From an uncultured Nitrospinota bacterium (GTDB lineage: Bacteria; Tectomicrobia; Entotheonellia; J063; CAVPRW01): a DNA stretch of 64,000 nucleotides. Of the stretch, positions 1-10,839 are shown piece by piece (the stretch's first letter is position 1; each line of letters begins with the position of its first letter). Below the pieces are notes generated by a model that was not told where the DNA came from, did no database searches, and worked only from the letters and a program-made list of their open reading frames with translations. The position numbers and the translations under genes are program-made. The stretch covers positions 64,001 through 128,000 of the forward strand of contig CAVPRW010000008.1 of the NCBI GenBank assembly GCA_963707985.1, in the 5' to 3' direction.

Positions 1-2146
1 ACTGTCATCGACGATGAAGCAGGCCTGATCACGATTGTGAATGCCACGTGCCCCGACCGGCGTGGTGATCGTTGGCAGTCCGGCGGCGAGGAAGTCAAGC
101 ATCTTGATATTGGTGCCAGAGCCCGTAAACATTGGGTTAATCGCCATGTCAGCGGCGGCGTATGCCTCGTTGCGCTCGGCGTCGCTGACAATGCCAAGCA
201 GCCTGACGTTCGCTGGAATATGTGGGGCAACGCCTGCCACGATGGCCCGATCGCTTGCACCGCCGACGAGAACGAAGGTCACCTCTGGATTGGCTGGCGC
301 GAGCTGGTTGAGGATCATCCCAACGGCTTCTATGTTGGGCGGGTAGGCACTGCCGATAAACAGCGCCACGAATCCTTCCAGAGTCGATATGCTGCCGTGC
401 CCTGGCTCGCGCCGTCGGTGAAGCCGGGCGGATCGCCCGGACGTTGACCCCATTGGGTACGATGACGATCTTCTGAGGTTTGACGCCGTATACCTCAACG
501 AATGTCTGTTTGTCCTCGTCCGAGCACGCTAAGATCAGGTCACTCTCCTCACAGAGTATCCCTTCGATCCACTTCACATTTTGGGCCAAGCAAGTACCGA
601 ATTCGTTGCTCCCAAGCAACTTCGCTCGCAGCACAGCCTCGCAGTTCTGGGAATCGTAGATGATGAGTTTTTCACTCTCATGCACGACATCCCGCACACA
701 ACCATACATCCAGGGGTGGGAAAAAATGACGACATCCGCTTCCGCGGCGTGTTTGCGGACAGCCTCGACGAGCGCTGGCGAGCTCCAGACGAGCCAGGGA
801 ATGGTCACATCGATGATGGTTTTTTCTGGCAGCAAAGCGTTCAAATGGTCGTTGAGAACAAAATGCTCAGGGCTTTGGGGGATATCGATCTCGCGAAGCC
901 GCCTTGATAACTGCAGTTCGCGGTACTCTGGGCCTCGCCAATCATAGGTTCCCACATAGGTTGCCTCGATGCCCTCGGTCAATGTCCTATACAGACCAAG
1001 CAAGCGCAGGCGCCCGCCACCGACGGCCGGCTCGATACATTGATTGTCGGTAATCAAGACCTTGATGGGACGCCTCACTGCTGGGCGTATCTCCCATCTG
1101 CGCACCTGCTTCCGAGGCAGCTCGACCGCCGAAAGGAGCTTTGCGACTACGGTATCCCAGGTAATATGGGACACCGCTGCAAATCCATGGGCGCCCATTT
1201 CGGCCCCATGGTCAGGGTGATCGATGAGATAGTTGATTTTTTGGGCAATGATTTCTGGCTCGGGTGGTACGACAAAACCAGTCTCATGATCTCGCACGAA
1301 AAAGGTCGGCTCACCGGAATCAAGGCAGGTGATGACAGGTTTTTTGCTGTGGAATGCTTCGATGGCGATCAGCCCATAATCTTCATTGATCGGGACAAAT
1401 GGGACGACTAACGCCCCGGCATACAGCTCGAGCAATTGCTCGTCAGTGACCCGCCCGAGAAACTCGATGCGGGGATCGCTGCCAGCTAAAGCTCGGAGGT
1501 GGGATTCGTCCTCGCCGGTGCCGACGATCCGCAACGGGATATCTTTCTTGACGTATCGAAAAGCTTTGATGATGAGGTCGACTCGCTTCCAGCGATGCAG
1601 TCGCCCTGGCACGAGCACGTACGCACCGGGCCGAGGTTCCCGGAAGCCCTGCAGAGATGGAGGCGGATGTAAGACCTCGAACTCGATCTGTTGCCAATAT
1701 AGCGCAACATCATGCAGCCGTTTGTAAGGGGTATGACCGATGACAAAATGCTTGTGCACATGGTCTGGGTGCAAGGCGCGCTCATCCAGGGCATGGATCA
1801 ACCGTCGCTGCCGGAATTGCGCCGGAGTTCCCTTCCCATACTCCTGATGGAACATGTCGTAAAACACCCGAATCGTATGCAGGAGGTAGGACACATGGAT
1901 TCGATGGCGCACTGCATAGGTGGGTGCTTTGGTCGAGATGACGAGATCGTAATCCTGCAGGTCAAGGTTGGCACACGTCTCATAGCCTTCAAGAATGGCT
2001 TCGAAGCTCGACTCATCGATGACCACGTCGATGCGATCGACATCATTGGAGGTGTTGCGCAGTCCCCTGATCAATCCTTTGTAGAGCGCTTCTGCACCGC
2101 CTCTTTCACCCGATTTCATCACTGGGACCACGACGGCGATATTCAT
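1..2146 (-). CDS. Tandem two-domain GT4 glycosyltransferase; +1 frameshift near 380-395; runs off the window start
   Basis: The first GT-B domain has GRLHRWKRVDL and EDYGLIAIEA. The second domain starts near GGGRLRLLGLY. After a one-base shift the frame reads FVALFIGSAYPPNIEA...AADMAINPMFTGSGTNIKMLDFLAAGLPTITTPVGARGI, a typical GT4 C-terminal motif. Confidence 0.88.
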
Positions 2147-2196
2147 GGGATCACTCTCGACAGCGGGGACTTCATGTCCTACCGCTCGGGGGGATG

Positions 2197-3997
2197 TTAT
2201 AGACGGGATGATTTCTTGCCGATCACGGCATAATCCTGGAATCCATACAGCAGTTCGTTGAGACGCTCGATTCCCTGGTTAAACTCTGTCGTTGCCTGCG
2301 CATTCGCTACCACACCAGAGAGTGGCGGGATACGCATGGAAGGCTCAACGGGTGAAGAAAATTTCACCTGGAGATCCTTGAATCCTGCCGATTCGCAGAG
2401 GAATTTCATGGCCTCCGGGTGGATGGGCCGGATGTGAGATAAATCCATGTAGAAGCTTCTGGCGAAGACTGTGAGGCAGATAGGGTTCGGGGTCTCGAAG
2501 ATCAACACGCCGTCCAGCTGCAACTTCCGGTGGCAGAGGCTCACCAACTCGATGATTCGGGTCGGTTCGAGATGCTCCACCACCTGGGCAGCAAAGATGC
2601 CGCCCAGGGATGCATCCGGGATGGATTCAAGGTAGGCAAAGGCATCCTCCCGCACGACATCCAGCCCTTTCTCTTGGCAGTACAGGACCATGTCGAGGTC
2701 GAGATCCACGCCCTTGGCTTTGATCCCAGCCTCACTCGCCAACTCGAGAAATTCCCCCCTGCCACAGCCAATGTCCAACACTGGTTCCACGTCTTTAAAA
2801 AACTCGACATAAACGCTCTGGCGTTCTTTGATGTCTTCCTCACTGCCTCGAAACCGTTCTTCGAAGCCAAAATAATCGAAAGACGGTTCGGAGGTCCGTT
2901 CAGAAATTGGTTTGCGGTGGTGGAAAGATTGCTGCGTCTCCGAGACGTCGGCGTTCGAGTCATCGGTACTTGCCGCGATGAAACGGCGGAGTCGGCGTTC
3001 GACCCGTGAGGACCGTTCTCGCATCTCCTGTAGTGCCACAGTGTGTTCTTGCCGGACCCGTGTCACCTCATCAACCAGCTGAGTTTGCAGCCCTTGCAGG
3101 CCAGCTGTGTGTTCCTGGCCTACGCCGCCGAGCTGGGCGGCGAATTCTCCACGGATGGCCTGTAATGCAGCCTCTTGCTCCTGGTGTACGCCGCCAATCT
3201 GGGCGGCGAATTCTCCACGTATGGCCTGTAATGCAGCCTCTTGCTCCTGGTGTACGCCGCCAATCTGGGCGGCGAATTCTCCACGTATGGCCTGTAATGC
3301 AGCCTCTTGCTCCTGGTGTACGCCGCCAATCTGCTCAGCAAGCTCCTCGTATCGTTCGTGTTGCTCGGTCAGTTCATGAGCGTACCTCTGTGATCTGTGC
3401 GGCCAGCTCCTGGCGTATCTCCGCGACCTGCGTGCCCAGCTCCTGGCGTATCTCCGTGATCTGCGTGCCCAGCTCCTGGCGTACCTCTGTGACCTGTGTG
3501 CCCAGCTCCTGGCGTATCTCCGCGACCTGCGTGCCCAGCTCCTGGCGTATCTCCGCTACCTGGTTGGTCAGCTCGTGGCGTATCTCCGCGACCTGTGCGG
3601 TTAGTGCCTGACGTAGCTCACTGATCTGCGCGACCAGTTCCTGACTGGTGCTTCGAACGCCTTCAGCGTGTTCCCAGAGATGCTGAGCCAGTCGAATATT
3701 GGTCGTATTGTATCCTGTTTGTCGCTCTAAACTGGGTGTGAGAAGCTTACGCGCCAATTTTTTGGCCATCAGGACGAACGATCCCAGAAGCTTCCGGTGA
3801 GAAGTCAGGTGGAAATAACGGATTTCCCGACTGTCCTGGAGAGAAGAAAACTCAGCAGCTACCAGGCTATGGGATAAGGGAGAGCTAGCGCCATTGGTGG
3901 GAGGGTGCTGTTGCTTCGGGAGATTTGCTCGGATTTGCGCCATGAGTTCGTCGACATCAATCTCCTGCACGTCGTTCATAAAATCTCCTTTAGGCAC
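2197..3997 (-). CDS. Class I SAM methyltransferase with long N-terminal coiled coil (glycan chain-terminator-like); one +1 frameshift near 3378 joins ORFs 3374-3997 and 2197-3066
   Basis: The C-terminal part has FEERFRGSEE, VLDIGCGRGEF, QVVEHL, ETPNP and FYMDLSH. The 2197-3066 frame is open upstream to about 3375 (HELTEQHERYEELAEQIGGVHQEQEAALQ...). Removing one base in gta-cgc-t-cat-gaa fuses it to the upstream ORF. RBS aaggag lies before MNDVQ. Confidence 0.85.
3115..3332 (-). repeat. 66-bp tandem coding repeat, about 3.3 copies (EAALQAIRGEFAAQIGGVHQEQ)
   Basis: ttgctc recurs at 3175, 3241 and 3307. Units are near-identical and have no spacers. Confidence 0.95.
3381..3630 (-). repeat. 33-bp tandem coding repeat, about 7 copies (QVAEIRQELGT-like hendecads)
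   Basis: The unit cctggcgtatctccgcgacctgcgtgcccagct repeats with substitutions; translation shows an 11-aa period. Confidence 0.95.
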
Positions 3998-4185
3998 CCT
4001 GCGAACGCTACCCCGGCGACTTCAATGCCTTCGGCTTCGGCGTTTTCCACCCCCAAACAACCGCTCACCGTTCATCGAGACACCGTGCAGTTGACCCAGC
4101 CATTCACAATGGACTTTTAGTCCAGAACACCACCCTCTGTCCGGCATATGGAAGCTCGCTCCCAGCGCCTTCTCAAAGAACAGCC

Positions 4186-4214
4186 ATTATACAAAAGGGT
4201 AGTGTGCGGGGCAA
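4186..4214 (-). promoter_or_regulatory. Putative sigma70 promoter for the methyltransferase-GT4 genes
   Basis: Minus strand reads TTGCCC-N17-TATAAT, about 200 bp upstream of the CDS. Confidence 0.5.
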
Positions 4215-4421
4215 CTATGAACCCTATGCGTGCTGAGATTGCAACATAAGCCAGGGGTCTGACCTACAGTTCACTTGCCTCAATAACAGAGAAGTATGGA
4301 GGAGAGGGAGGTGGGCCATGAGGCCAACACGGGACAAGATCAGACAGAACCTGACGGAGCGGTTATGTTGAGAGGTAGCCTGAAGAGATGACACGGGAAT
4401 GGCGCAGCAGACGCGTCTTTT

Positions 4422-6632
4422 TCATTCCGGCTGAAGGGTAAGGTAATCGAAGGCCACTGCCAAGAGGCGCGGATCGTTGCTCCCAGGGAGCACCTGCGCA
4501 GGAGAAGCGGTATAGCGGTATAGGAAGCGGATTCTGTTGACCCCTTCCCTCAGATATGAGGGCGGCAGATCGAACGAATAGGTTTGCCACCCCCCCCCCA
4601 GCTCGAGCTCACTGAGGAGCCCTCCGTTCATAAAGATCTTGACCAGCTGCTTTGGTGATGACGGGAAGCTAAAGGGGGAAAGCCGTAGATCCATCTTCAT
4701 ACTCGAGACTTTGGGAAGATTGAGCCACAGAGTCGATTCCGGGGCATTCGACCAAGCGTATGTCAGGCCATCTGAGGATTCCTCGTGCGACCAACCCGCC
4801 AAAAGGGCGGGAAACCCGGACGCCGCACCGAAGTCAATCAGGTAAGCCCGACGGGCTTCGTAGGCGTTACCGACCTCGTCCTGGACTCGGTACGCAGTGA
4901 TGTGTTGGTCTTGAGCGATGAGTTGGACAGGCAACGTCGCGTTGATTAGTGCGGCGACCCGGTTAAAGGCATCGGAGGCGAAGTAGTCCTTGTGGATCAC
5001 GATATAGCGAATCTTGAATAAGCGCATAACATCATTAGCTGACTCAGCTATTGAGCGATCGAGCGGAGCCGGGGGGATCAGACTCGGCTTTCTCAGCATC
5101 CGCATCAGCCGAATGTTCTCCCCAAATGTCCGATTGAAGCTGGGCAGCCGTGGTAGGAAACCATGCACGATCTTCTTGCCATGCACCGTCTGATAGAACT
5201 GATAGATTTTGATATCGTGCCCGAATGGTAGATCGAGCACGGTGATGGGATCGGGATCTTCTTTAATGGTATGGTAGACTTGCGGTACGCTAACCTGCCA
5301 AAGGGGGAATGGGAGTATGGCATATTCCAGGAAGATCACCGCGAACACGACAGTTGGCACAAGCTTGGCCCAGGAGGGGCCAACCATCTGACGGAGATGC
5401 TTCATACCATAGCCGGCGAGGACACTGAGCGCGAGCATGACCATGACTGCAGAGAGGCCGATAGCCGTTCCACCCCCAAAATAAGGCAGGAAAGGCAGGT
5501 ACCCGAGAATGGCAAACGGCAGAGGGATACGAAAGTGCAATCGACCGATGGAGAAGGTCTCGGCGCCGTTAATGTGAAGCGTAGGCCCTAAGGCCAGAAG
5601 GAAGAAGACAATCGAGGCCCAAAGCCACGGTCTGATTGCCTGCCTCGGCGCACGAAGCACAGCGAGGCAGGCGAGGAAAAGGACGGCGTAACCCAAGTAG
5701 ACCGTTTGAAGGGTCGGATCGCCAAGAAATTGGTCACGCACTGCCTGGACAGAGTGACCCAGCAGGAAGTGATCGGGGCTGGGTACGAAAAAAGCTAGTA
5801 GATCGAGGCTAACACTTCGTATGTAGTCGGGTGTTTGCTGAATAAGATCCTGGATTTCGAAGGATCGCATCGGGGCAATGATAGGTAATGAGGCAATGCC
5901 GACTGCACCAATGAGCAGGAGCAAACGCGCCGAGACACCCCTCTGCAGTGGTTGCCCTCGATGGTCAAGGAGGTAAGCGAGGTAAAGTATGCCGCTGAGG
6001 ATAGCGAGAAGGGGTACGTAGTACCAGGCAGAAAGCAGCGTTAGCCAGAAGAACAGAGCGGCGACGAGGGCATTCGACCATCCGACGTGCCGCAAGGTCC
6101 GGATCAAAAAAAGCGTGTACCAAGGGATCAAGGAGGCACCGGCGATGACAAAGTCGTGACCCTGCAGATGCGAGAGGATGAAAGGCGAGTAGCCGAAGAC
6201 AGAGCCGGCGAGGAATGCTGCTAATCTATCCTGGAGCAGGTCATGGACTAAGAGAAAGGCACCATAAGCAGCCAAGATCATGAAGAAGAGCAGGAGTATG
6301 TTGCTACCAAAGACCAATCCAAAGGCAGCTTGCAATGGGATGGACGCTATCATGGGGAAGAGGGCCGTGGTGGCCCAGGGCATTTTCACGCCAGACGGAT
6401 AGAAGATTTCTTCCGTGAAGAGGGGGAATTCACCTGAAGTAAGAAGGGACCGCTTCGCCAGCCAAAACCCCCAAAGACTCACCCAATGGTCGTGAATCCA
6501 CGGCTTAGAGGATAAATACGAGGACATTGGAACAAATTCAGTAGCCTTCACGATCAAAGGAAACGTAAAAAAGACTGCCATGAGCCCATAACAAAGGAGT
6601 ATAAGAAGGTAAAAGCGCACCTTCATTGTCAT
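4422..6632 (-). CDS. Multi-pass membrane protein, GT-C-fold/YfhO-like glycosyltransferase with soluble C-terminal domain
   Basis: About 11-13 hydrophobic segments. Motifs IFYPSG, AAFLAGSVFGYSPF, SLDLLAFFVP, YLGY, FFLLALGP and YQTVHGKKIVHG. The C-terminal GWS..E...AWS...DPRLLAVAF segment looks like a beta domain. Start codon uncertain (6626, 6632 or 6725). Confidence 0.7.
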   Translation of the reverse strand: MTMKVRFYLLILLCYGLMAVFFTFPLIVKATEFVPMSSYLSSKPWIHDHWVSLWGFWLAKRSLLTSGEFPLFTEEIFYPSGVKMPWATTALFPMIASIPLQAAFGLVFGSNILLLFFMILAAYGAFLLVHDLLQDRLAAFLAGSVFGYSPFILSHLQGHDFVIAGASLIPWYTLFLIRTLRHVGWSNALVAALFFWLTLLSAWYYVPLLAILSGILYLAYLLDHRGQPLQRGVSARLLLLIGAVGIASLPIIAPMRSFEIQDLIQQTPDYIRSVSLDLLAFFVPSPDHFLLGHSVQAVRDQFLGDPTLQTVYLGYAVLFLACLAVLRAPRQAIRPWLWASIVFFLLALGPTLHINGAETFSIGRLHFRIPLPFAILGYLPFLPYFGGGTAIGLSAVMVMLALSVLAGYGMKHLRQMVGPSWAKLVPTVVFAVIFLEYAILPFPLWQVSVPQVYHTIKEDPDPITVLDLPFGHDIKIYQFYQTVHGKKIVHGFLPRLPSFNRTFGENIRLMRMLRKPSLIPPAPLDRSIAESANDVMRLFKIRYIVIHKDYFASDAFNRVAALINATLPVQLIAQDQHITAYRVQDEVGNAYEARRAYLIDFGAASGFPALLAGWSHEESSDGLTYAWSNAPESTLWLNLPKVSSMKMDLRLSPFSFPSSPKQLVKIFMNGGLLSELELGGGWQTYSFDLPPSYLREGVNRIRFLYRYTASPAQVLPGSNDPRLLAVAFDYLTLQPE

Positions 6633-6911
6633 CCTGGACCAGTTATCACTGGAGGTGAAGCTGCCTGACATCAGCCTCAACAAATTGGACGCGACTGTTT
6701 TTTTGAGTCGTGTCCCTCGTGACATTCACCCGTCTCTTCGAAATCTCAACCCAATGACCTTCCTAGCTGAGGAAACAAAAGCCTGGAAGTTCCGCCCTCC
6801 ACACCCCACGTGCAGGATTGTCCGATCAGAAGCGAGCTGCTGCTCTCTCGCGATGCCTCATCCACATCGCTGTGCAGACTTTTGTGGGGCGATTCATCTT
6901 TCCTTCATGGC

Positions 6912-7797
6912 CTACTGCGAAGTCTGCCTTTGCTTCTGGAAGATTCCAAGGACAGAAGTCCCCCAGGGGAAGGGCAACCAGAGCCCCAAAGGGGTCTCTA
7001 GTGAGAATATCAATTTCAACAGAGCATTCACGGGTTTCGACGGAACTCTGTGTGTGCGCGCCAAAAACTCCCTGATTTCGTCACGAGACATGGTCCCTGG
7101 CTTTAAGCCGCAGAGTCGACTGAGATACAGTAGGGGACTCAAAAAGAACATGAAGTATCGGACATTCGTGAGCGTCAACTCGCATTGATGCGCCAGCGAT
7201 TCCACATCCCGCAGAGAATATCTTCTCTGGTGTCGTGCCAACTCGTCGTTGTAGCTCCAAAAGAAATCCAGCGCTGGTGCCGTCAAAAACAGAAGCCCAT
7301 TCGGTTTCAAACATTGCCGTATCTGCTGTACGACCGAGCTGTGATCTTGAATATGCTCTAAAACGTCCAAGAGGAAAACAATGTCCCAGCGTTCCTTCCA
7401 CCCGAGGTCGCGAAGATCGACTTGAAACCGTGGGATCTGTGGGCCAATAACAGTCGCAGCAAACTCCAGAGCTTTGAGAGAGGAGTCAGCTAAGGCGAGT
7501 TCTGCCGAATCGAGGAACAGCACGATTCAGGAGATAGTCGATCCAGCCGCCGCACCCAGCCCCCAAATCGATGGCGCTGAGCGTGTTCGCCGGAGCATCC
7601 ATACTGGCGAGCTGCGCTTCAAGGGCGGCGAGGAGAAAACGATGACGCCCATGGTACCAGAAATGCTCTCTTTGCATGCGAAACAAGCCGTCAAACCCAT
7701 GTTCATCGTATTCGTCGGCACGATGTGAAACGCCCGTACGACGCACATGGACTCCGTTACGTTGTATGAACAATGCGGTATCTTGCTCCTTGAGCAT
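6912..7797 (-). CDS. Class I SAM methyltransferase; +1 frameshift near 7505
   Basis: HFWYHGR and IDLGAGCG lie in 7486-7797; LDVLEHI, TAPALDFFWSYNDELARHQRRY and PWGTS lie in 6912-7523. One extra base in cgattcggcagaa separates the frames. Confidence 0.85.
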
Positions 7798-8064
7798 GAT
7801 CCTTCCTCACACCCAACTTCTGAAATGGGTGGATGAACCAGCAGAGAAACGTCTAAATTACTCCAACCCCTCTTCCCCAGTAGCGTTGAGCAGTTGGGGA
7901 AGCGCGCTGTTTCCGCTCGTCATACACTGCTCATTCTCTTCGCGGCGATTTCCATGCAAGTGACACTTTCGAGATGAACGCTCGCCGCCTTTTGCAGTAT
8001 GATTGTATCTTCCTCAAATCCTAATGTGATAACAAAGAACGAACATTAGGTGAGGGGAACAGCT

Positions 8065-8943
8065 GTGCAGGTGCAAGGGAAGGTGGTCGTGCTCACGGGT
8101 GCAGGTCGGGGCATCGGACGAGCCCTCTCGGTGGAGTTGGCCCGTCGCGGCGCGCGGGTTGTTCTGACTGGATTGCACCAAGAGGAGCTCTGCAAGCTGC
8201 AGACGCAGATCATAGGCGAGGGTGGGCAAGCGATCGCCTTGGCCTGCGACGTGCGCGAGGAGGGGCCAGTCCGCCAATTGGTGCAGGAGGTGCTGGCGGC
8301 CTATGGCACGGTCGACATCCTGATCAATAATGCCGGGATCACGCTCGGCGGAGACCTCAGGCTGCTCTCGGACCAAGACTGGGAGCGCGTCCTGGGCGTG
8401 AACCTGTGGGGTGTGATTCGCATGGTACGGGCGGTGCTGCCACATATGCTCGAACGCGGCACCGGCTATATCGTGAATATCGCCTCGGCCGCCGGCTTGG
8501 TGGCTCCAGCTCTGTGGATTCCTTATTCGACTTCCAAGTTCGCCGTAGTAGGCTTCTCCGAGGGGCTTTGCGCCGCCTTTCGCCCCAAGGGGATCGGTGT
8601 GTCGGTCGTCTGTCCTATGTGGGTCCAGACGGACATCCTCAGGGGACCCCCACCGCAACTTGCCGAGCTTCACACCTCTCGTCCGACGCCGGCAAGTCAT
8701 CGCCTTGTACCTGTGTGGAGATGGTTGGTGGGACACCTCCCAGGCCGTCAGATGACGGTGGAGGTAGCGGCTCGGCGGATTATCCACGGTATCGAGCGCG
8801 AGCAGTTCCTGGTGTACACACATCGATGGACTCGCCTCTTGGTGCTGGCGCGCGCGATCGCCCCGCAAACCTTCTCGCGGCTGTGGAACCGTGTGAACGC
8901 TATCGACGAAGAGCGACACCGGATCGCAGCATCGGAGGGTTGA
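8065..8943 (+). CDS. Short-chain dehydrogenase/reductase
   Basis: TGAGRGIG, NNAG, YSTSK (YxxxK) and VCP; RBS gagggg before GTG. Confidence 0.92.
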   Translation: MQVQGKVVVLTGAGRGIGRALSVELARRGARVVLTGLHQEELCKLQTQIIGEGGQAIALACDVREEGPVRQLVQEVLAAYGTVDILINNAGITLGGDLRLLSDQDWERVLGVNLWGVIRMVRAVLPHMLERGTGYIVNIASAAGLVAPALWIPYSTSKFAVVGFSEGLCAAFRPKGIGVSVVCPMWVQTDILRGPPPQLAELHTSRPTPASHRLVPVWRWLVGHLPGRQMTVEVAARRIIHGIEREQFLVYTHRWTRLLVLARAIAPQTFSRLWNRVNAIDEERHRIAASEG

Positions 8944-8965
8944 ACGGCTTTCTCGCTTTTCAGGT

Positions 8966-9739
8966 TCATGGTTTACGAAAGATGATCTGATAAAAGAGGC
9001 CACGCAGCACCCACTCAACATGTGGATCGATACCCCTCGGCAGCAGCTCAAGCGGTGGGCGCGAGGCAAACAGCGCATTTCTCCACATTAGCAGCCTGGC
9101 CCACCAGGTCGTGTCCTTCCCAGGCTCGATGCCTTCGTCGAGGATGACGATCGTCCCCCCGGACTTCGTCACGCGCACCATCTCGTCGATCGCCTGCCGT
9201 TTGCCATCCCCGAATTGATTGATCGCTCCGTAGTGTACAACGGCATCAAAGCAGGCATCTGCATACGGTAGATGAAGGGCATCGGCCTGATGGATATCGA
9301 GCGTCATATGTTGGCGACGGGCGAGCTTCTGTGCTTCGTGCACCATGGCTCGCGATAAGTCCATTGCCACCAGCCTTCCAGACGGTCCGATAGCTGAGGC
9401 AAGCGCAGGAAGATTTCCACCGGGACCAGTGCAGTGATCCAACACCATGTCACCGGGGCAAAGCCCAATCCTACCAATCAATCGCCGTCGTTCGGCAGGC
9501 AGCCAGACACCTGCTATCACCGCAATAGCCGTGAGGACGAGCGTATAACGAGCTGTCTCGGTATCGAGGGCGGCGATGGCTTTCTGCTCCACGGCGGTGT
9601 GCCGCTCGAGCAGCACAGGGATACCGTTGTCGAGGGGAAAGGAGCGGCCGCATTGTGTGCAGCTCAGGGCGGAAGGCGCCGAGACGATCTTACCACCGCA
9701 GGCAGGACACTGTAGGTACCCAGTTGACGCAGGATTCAC
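8966..9739 (-). CDS. UbiE-like methyltransferase with N-terminal Trm112-like zinc ribbon
   Basis: CPACGG...CTQC...GIP, then VLDHCTGPG, DLSRAM, ADALHLPYADACFD and EMVRVTKSGG. GTG start inferred from the gaggt RBS. Confidence 0.85.
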   Translation of the reverse strand: MNPASTGYLQCPACGGKIVSAPSALSCTQCGRSFPLDNGIPVLLERHTAVEQKAIAALDTETARYTLVLTAIAVIAGVWLPAERRRLIGRIGLCPGDMVLDHCTGPGGNLPALASAIGPSGRLVAMDLSRAMVHEAQKLARRQHMTLDIHQADALHLPYADACFDAVVHYGAINQFGDGKRQAIDEMVRVTKSGGTIVILDEGIEPGKDTTWWARLLMWRNALFASRPPLELLPRGIDPHVEWVLRGLFYQIIFRKP

Positions 9740-9774
9740 TTCCGACCTCGAAAGCTGTGCAGCCCTCTCATCCT

Positions 9775-10794
9775 CTAATAGATGATCCGTCGGCCTCCTG
9801 GGACTGTGATCGCGACCGAGCGCATCCACCGCAGCTTTTCCCACCATCCGGGATGGTCAGCGTACCAACGGATGGTCTTCTCGATCCCTGTATCAAAGTC
9901 GTTCTCCGCCTTCCAGTTGAGCACGCTCAAGGCCTTCGCTGTGGAAGCGACATGTCTTTGCACCTGCCCTGGACGATCTTCCATGAACGAGATGAGGCCA
10001 TGGGATTTGCCCACTTTGTCCACGATCTGCTCGGCGACAGAGGTGATCGATGTGTCCACTCCGGTGCCGAGGTTGATGGCTTGTCCCTTGACCTGGTCCA
10101 AGTTGGCGTGCAAGGCACGATCCAGCGCCTGGCACAGGTCCTCGACATACAACCAGTCGCGGGTATTTCTACCATCACCATGAACATTTAAAGGTTCATC
10201 GAGCAGCGCACCGGTGATGAAGCGGGGGATGACCTTCTCGAGATGCTGATGCGGACCATAGGTATTGAAGGGGCGAAGGATGACGCAGGGCAGGCCAAAG
10301 GTTGTATAGTAGGAGAACACCAGACGGTCGGCGCCCGTCTTGGCGGCGGCATACGGTGTGGTGGGGTTGAGGGGATGGTCCTCGGTCATCGGCGCCATGA
10401 TGGCCGTGCCATACACCTCAGAGCTGGAGATGTGGAGGAACCGTTCGACAGGGTGTTTCAAAGCCGCAGCGACGACGACCTGGGTGCCCAAGACGTCGGT
10501 TTCGAAAAAGGTTGTGGTGTCATAGATCGACCGTGGCACATGAGTTTCGGCGGCCAGATGGACGACGACGTCTACTTGGGCCACAAGTTCCTCGACTAGC
10601 GCGCTGTTCCTGATATTGCCATGGTAGAAGTGGAAATGCGAATTTTCTCTCAACTCCGGCGCAAAGTTATCCAGGTTGCCGGCATAGGTGAGGGCGTCGA
10701 GCACATTGACGGTGTAGGACGGATAAGTCAGAAGAAGATGCTTCACGAAATGGCTGCCGATGAATCCCGCACCCCCCGTTACCAAGATTCTCAC
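9775..10794 (-). CDS. NDP-sugar 4,6-dehydratase (RmlB/RfbB-like, atypical active site)
   Basis: GGAGFIG, DALTYAGN, HLAAETHV, SSSEVYG, YAAAK, EKVIP, RDWLYVED and DRPG. Confidence 0.85.
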   Translation of the reverse strand: MRILVTGGAGFIGSHFVKHLLLTYPSYTVNVLDALTYAGNLDNFAPELRENSHFHFYHGNIRNSALVEELVAQVDVVVHLAAETHVPRSIYDTTTFFETDVLGTQVVVAAALKHPVERFLHISSSEVYGTAIMAPMTEDHPLNPTTPYAAAKTGADRLVFSYYTTFGLPCVILRPFNTYGPHQHLEKVIPRFITGALLDEPLNVHGDGRNTRDWLYVEDLCQALDRALHANLDQVKGQAINLGTGVDTSITSVAEQIVDKVGKSHGLISFMEDRPGQVQRHVASTAKALSVLNWKAENDFDTGIEKTIRWYADHPGWWEKLRWMRSVAITVPGGRRIIY

Positions 10795-10839
10795 CAGTTG
10801 ACACTCCTCAGAGCCATTGCCGGGAGGTAACCTTCCTCC

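Noticed and set aside
3115..3630. Tandem repeats as a CRISPR array
   Set aside because: There are no unique spacers, the periods are multiples of 3, the repeats encode a coiled coil, and no cas genes are present.
4004..4017. ops/JUMPstart-like motif (CCGGGGTAGCGT) before the glycan genes
   Set aside because: It deviates from the GGCGGTAG core and the rest of JUMPstart is missing.
8014..9078. 354-aa minus-strand ORF
   Set aside because: Antisense shadow of the SDR gene, with no motifs.
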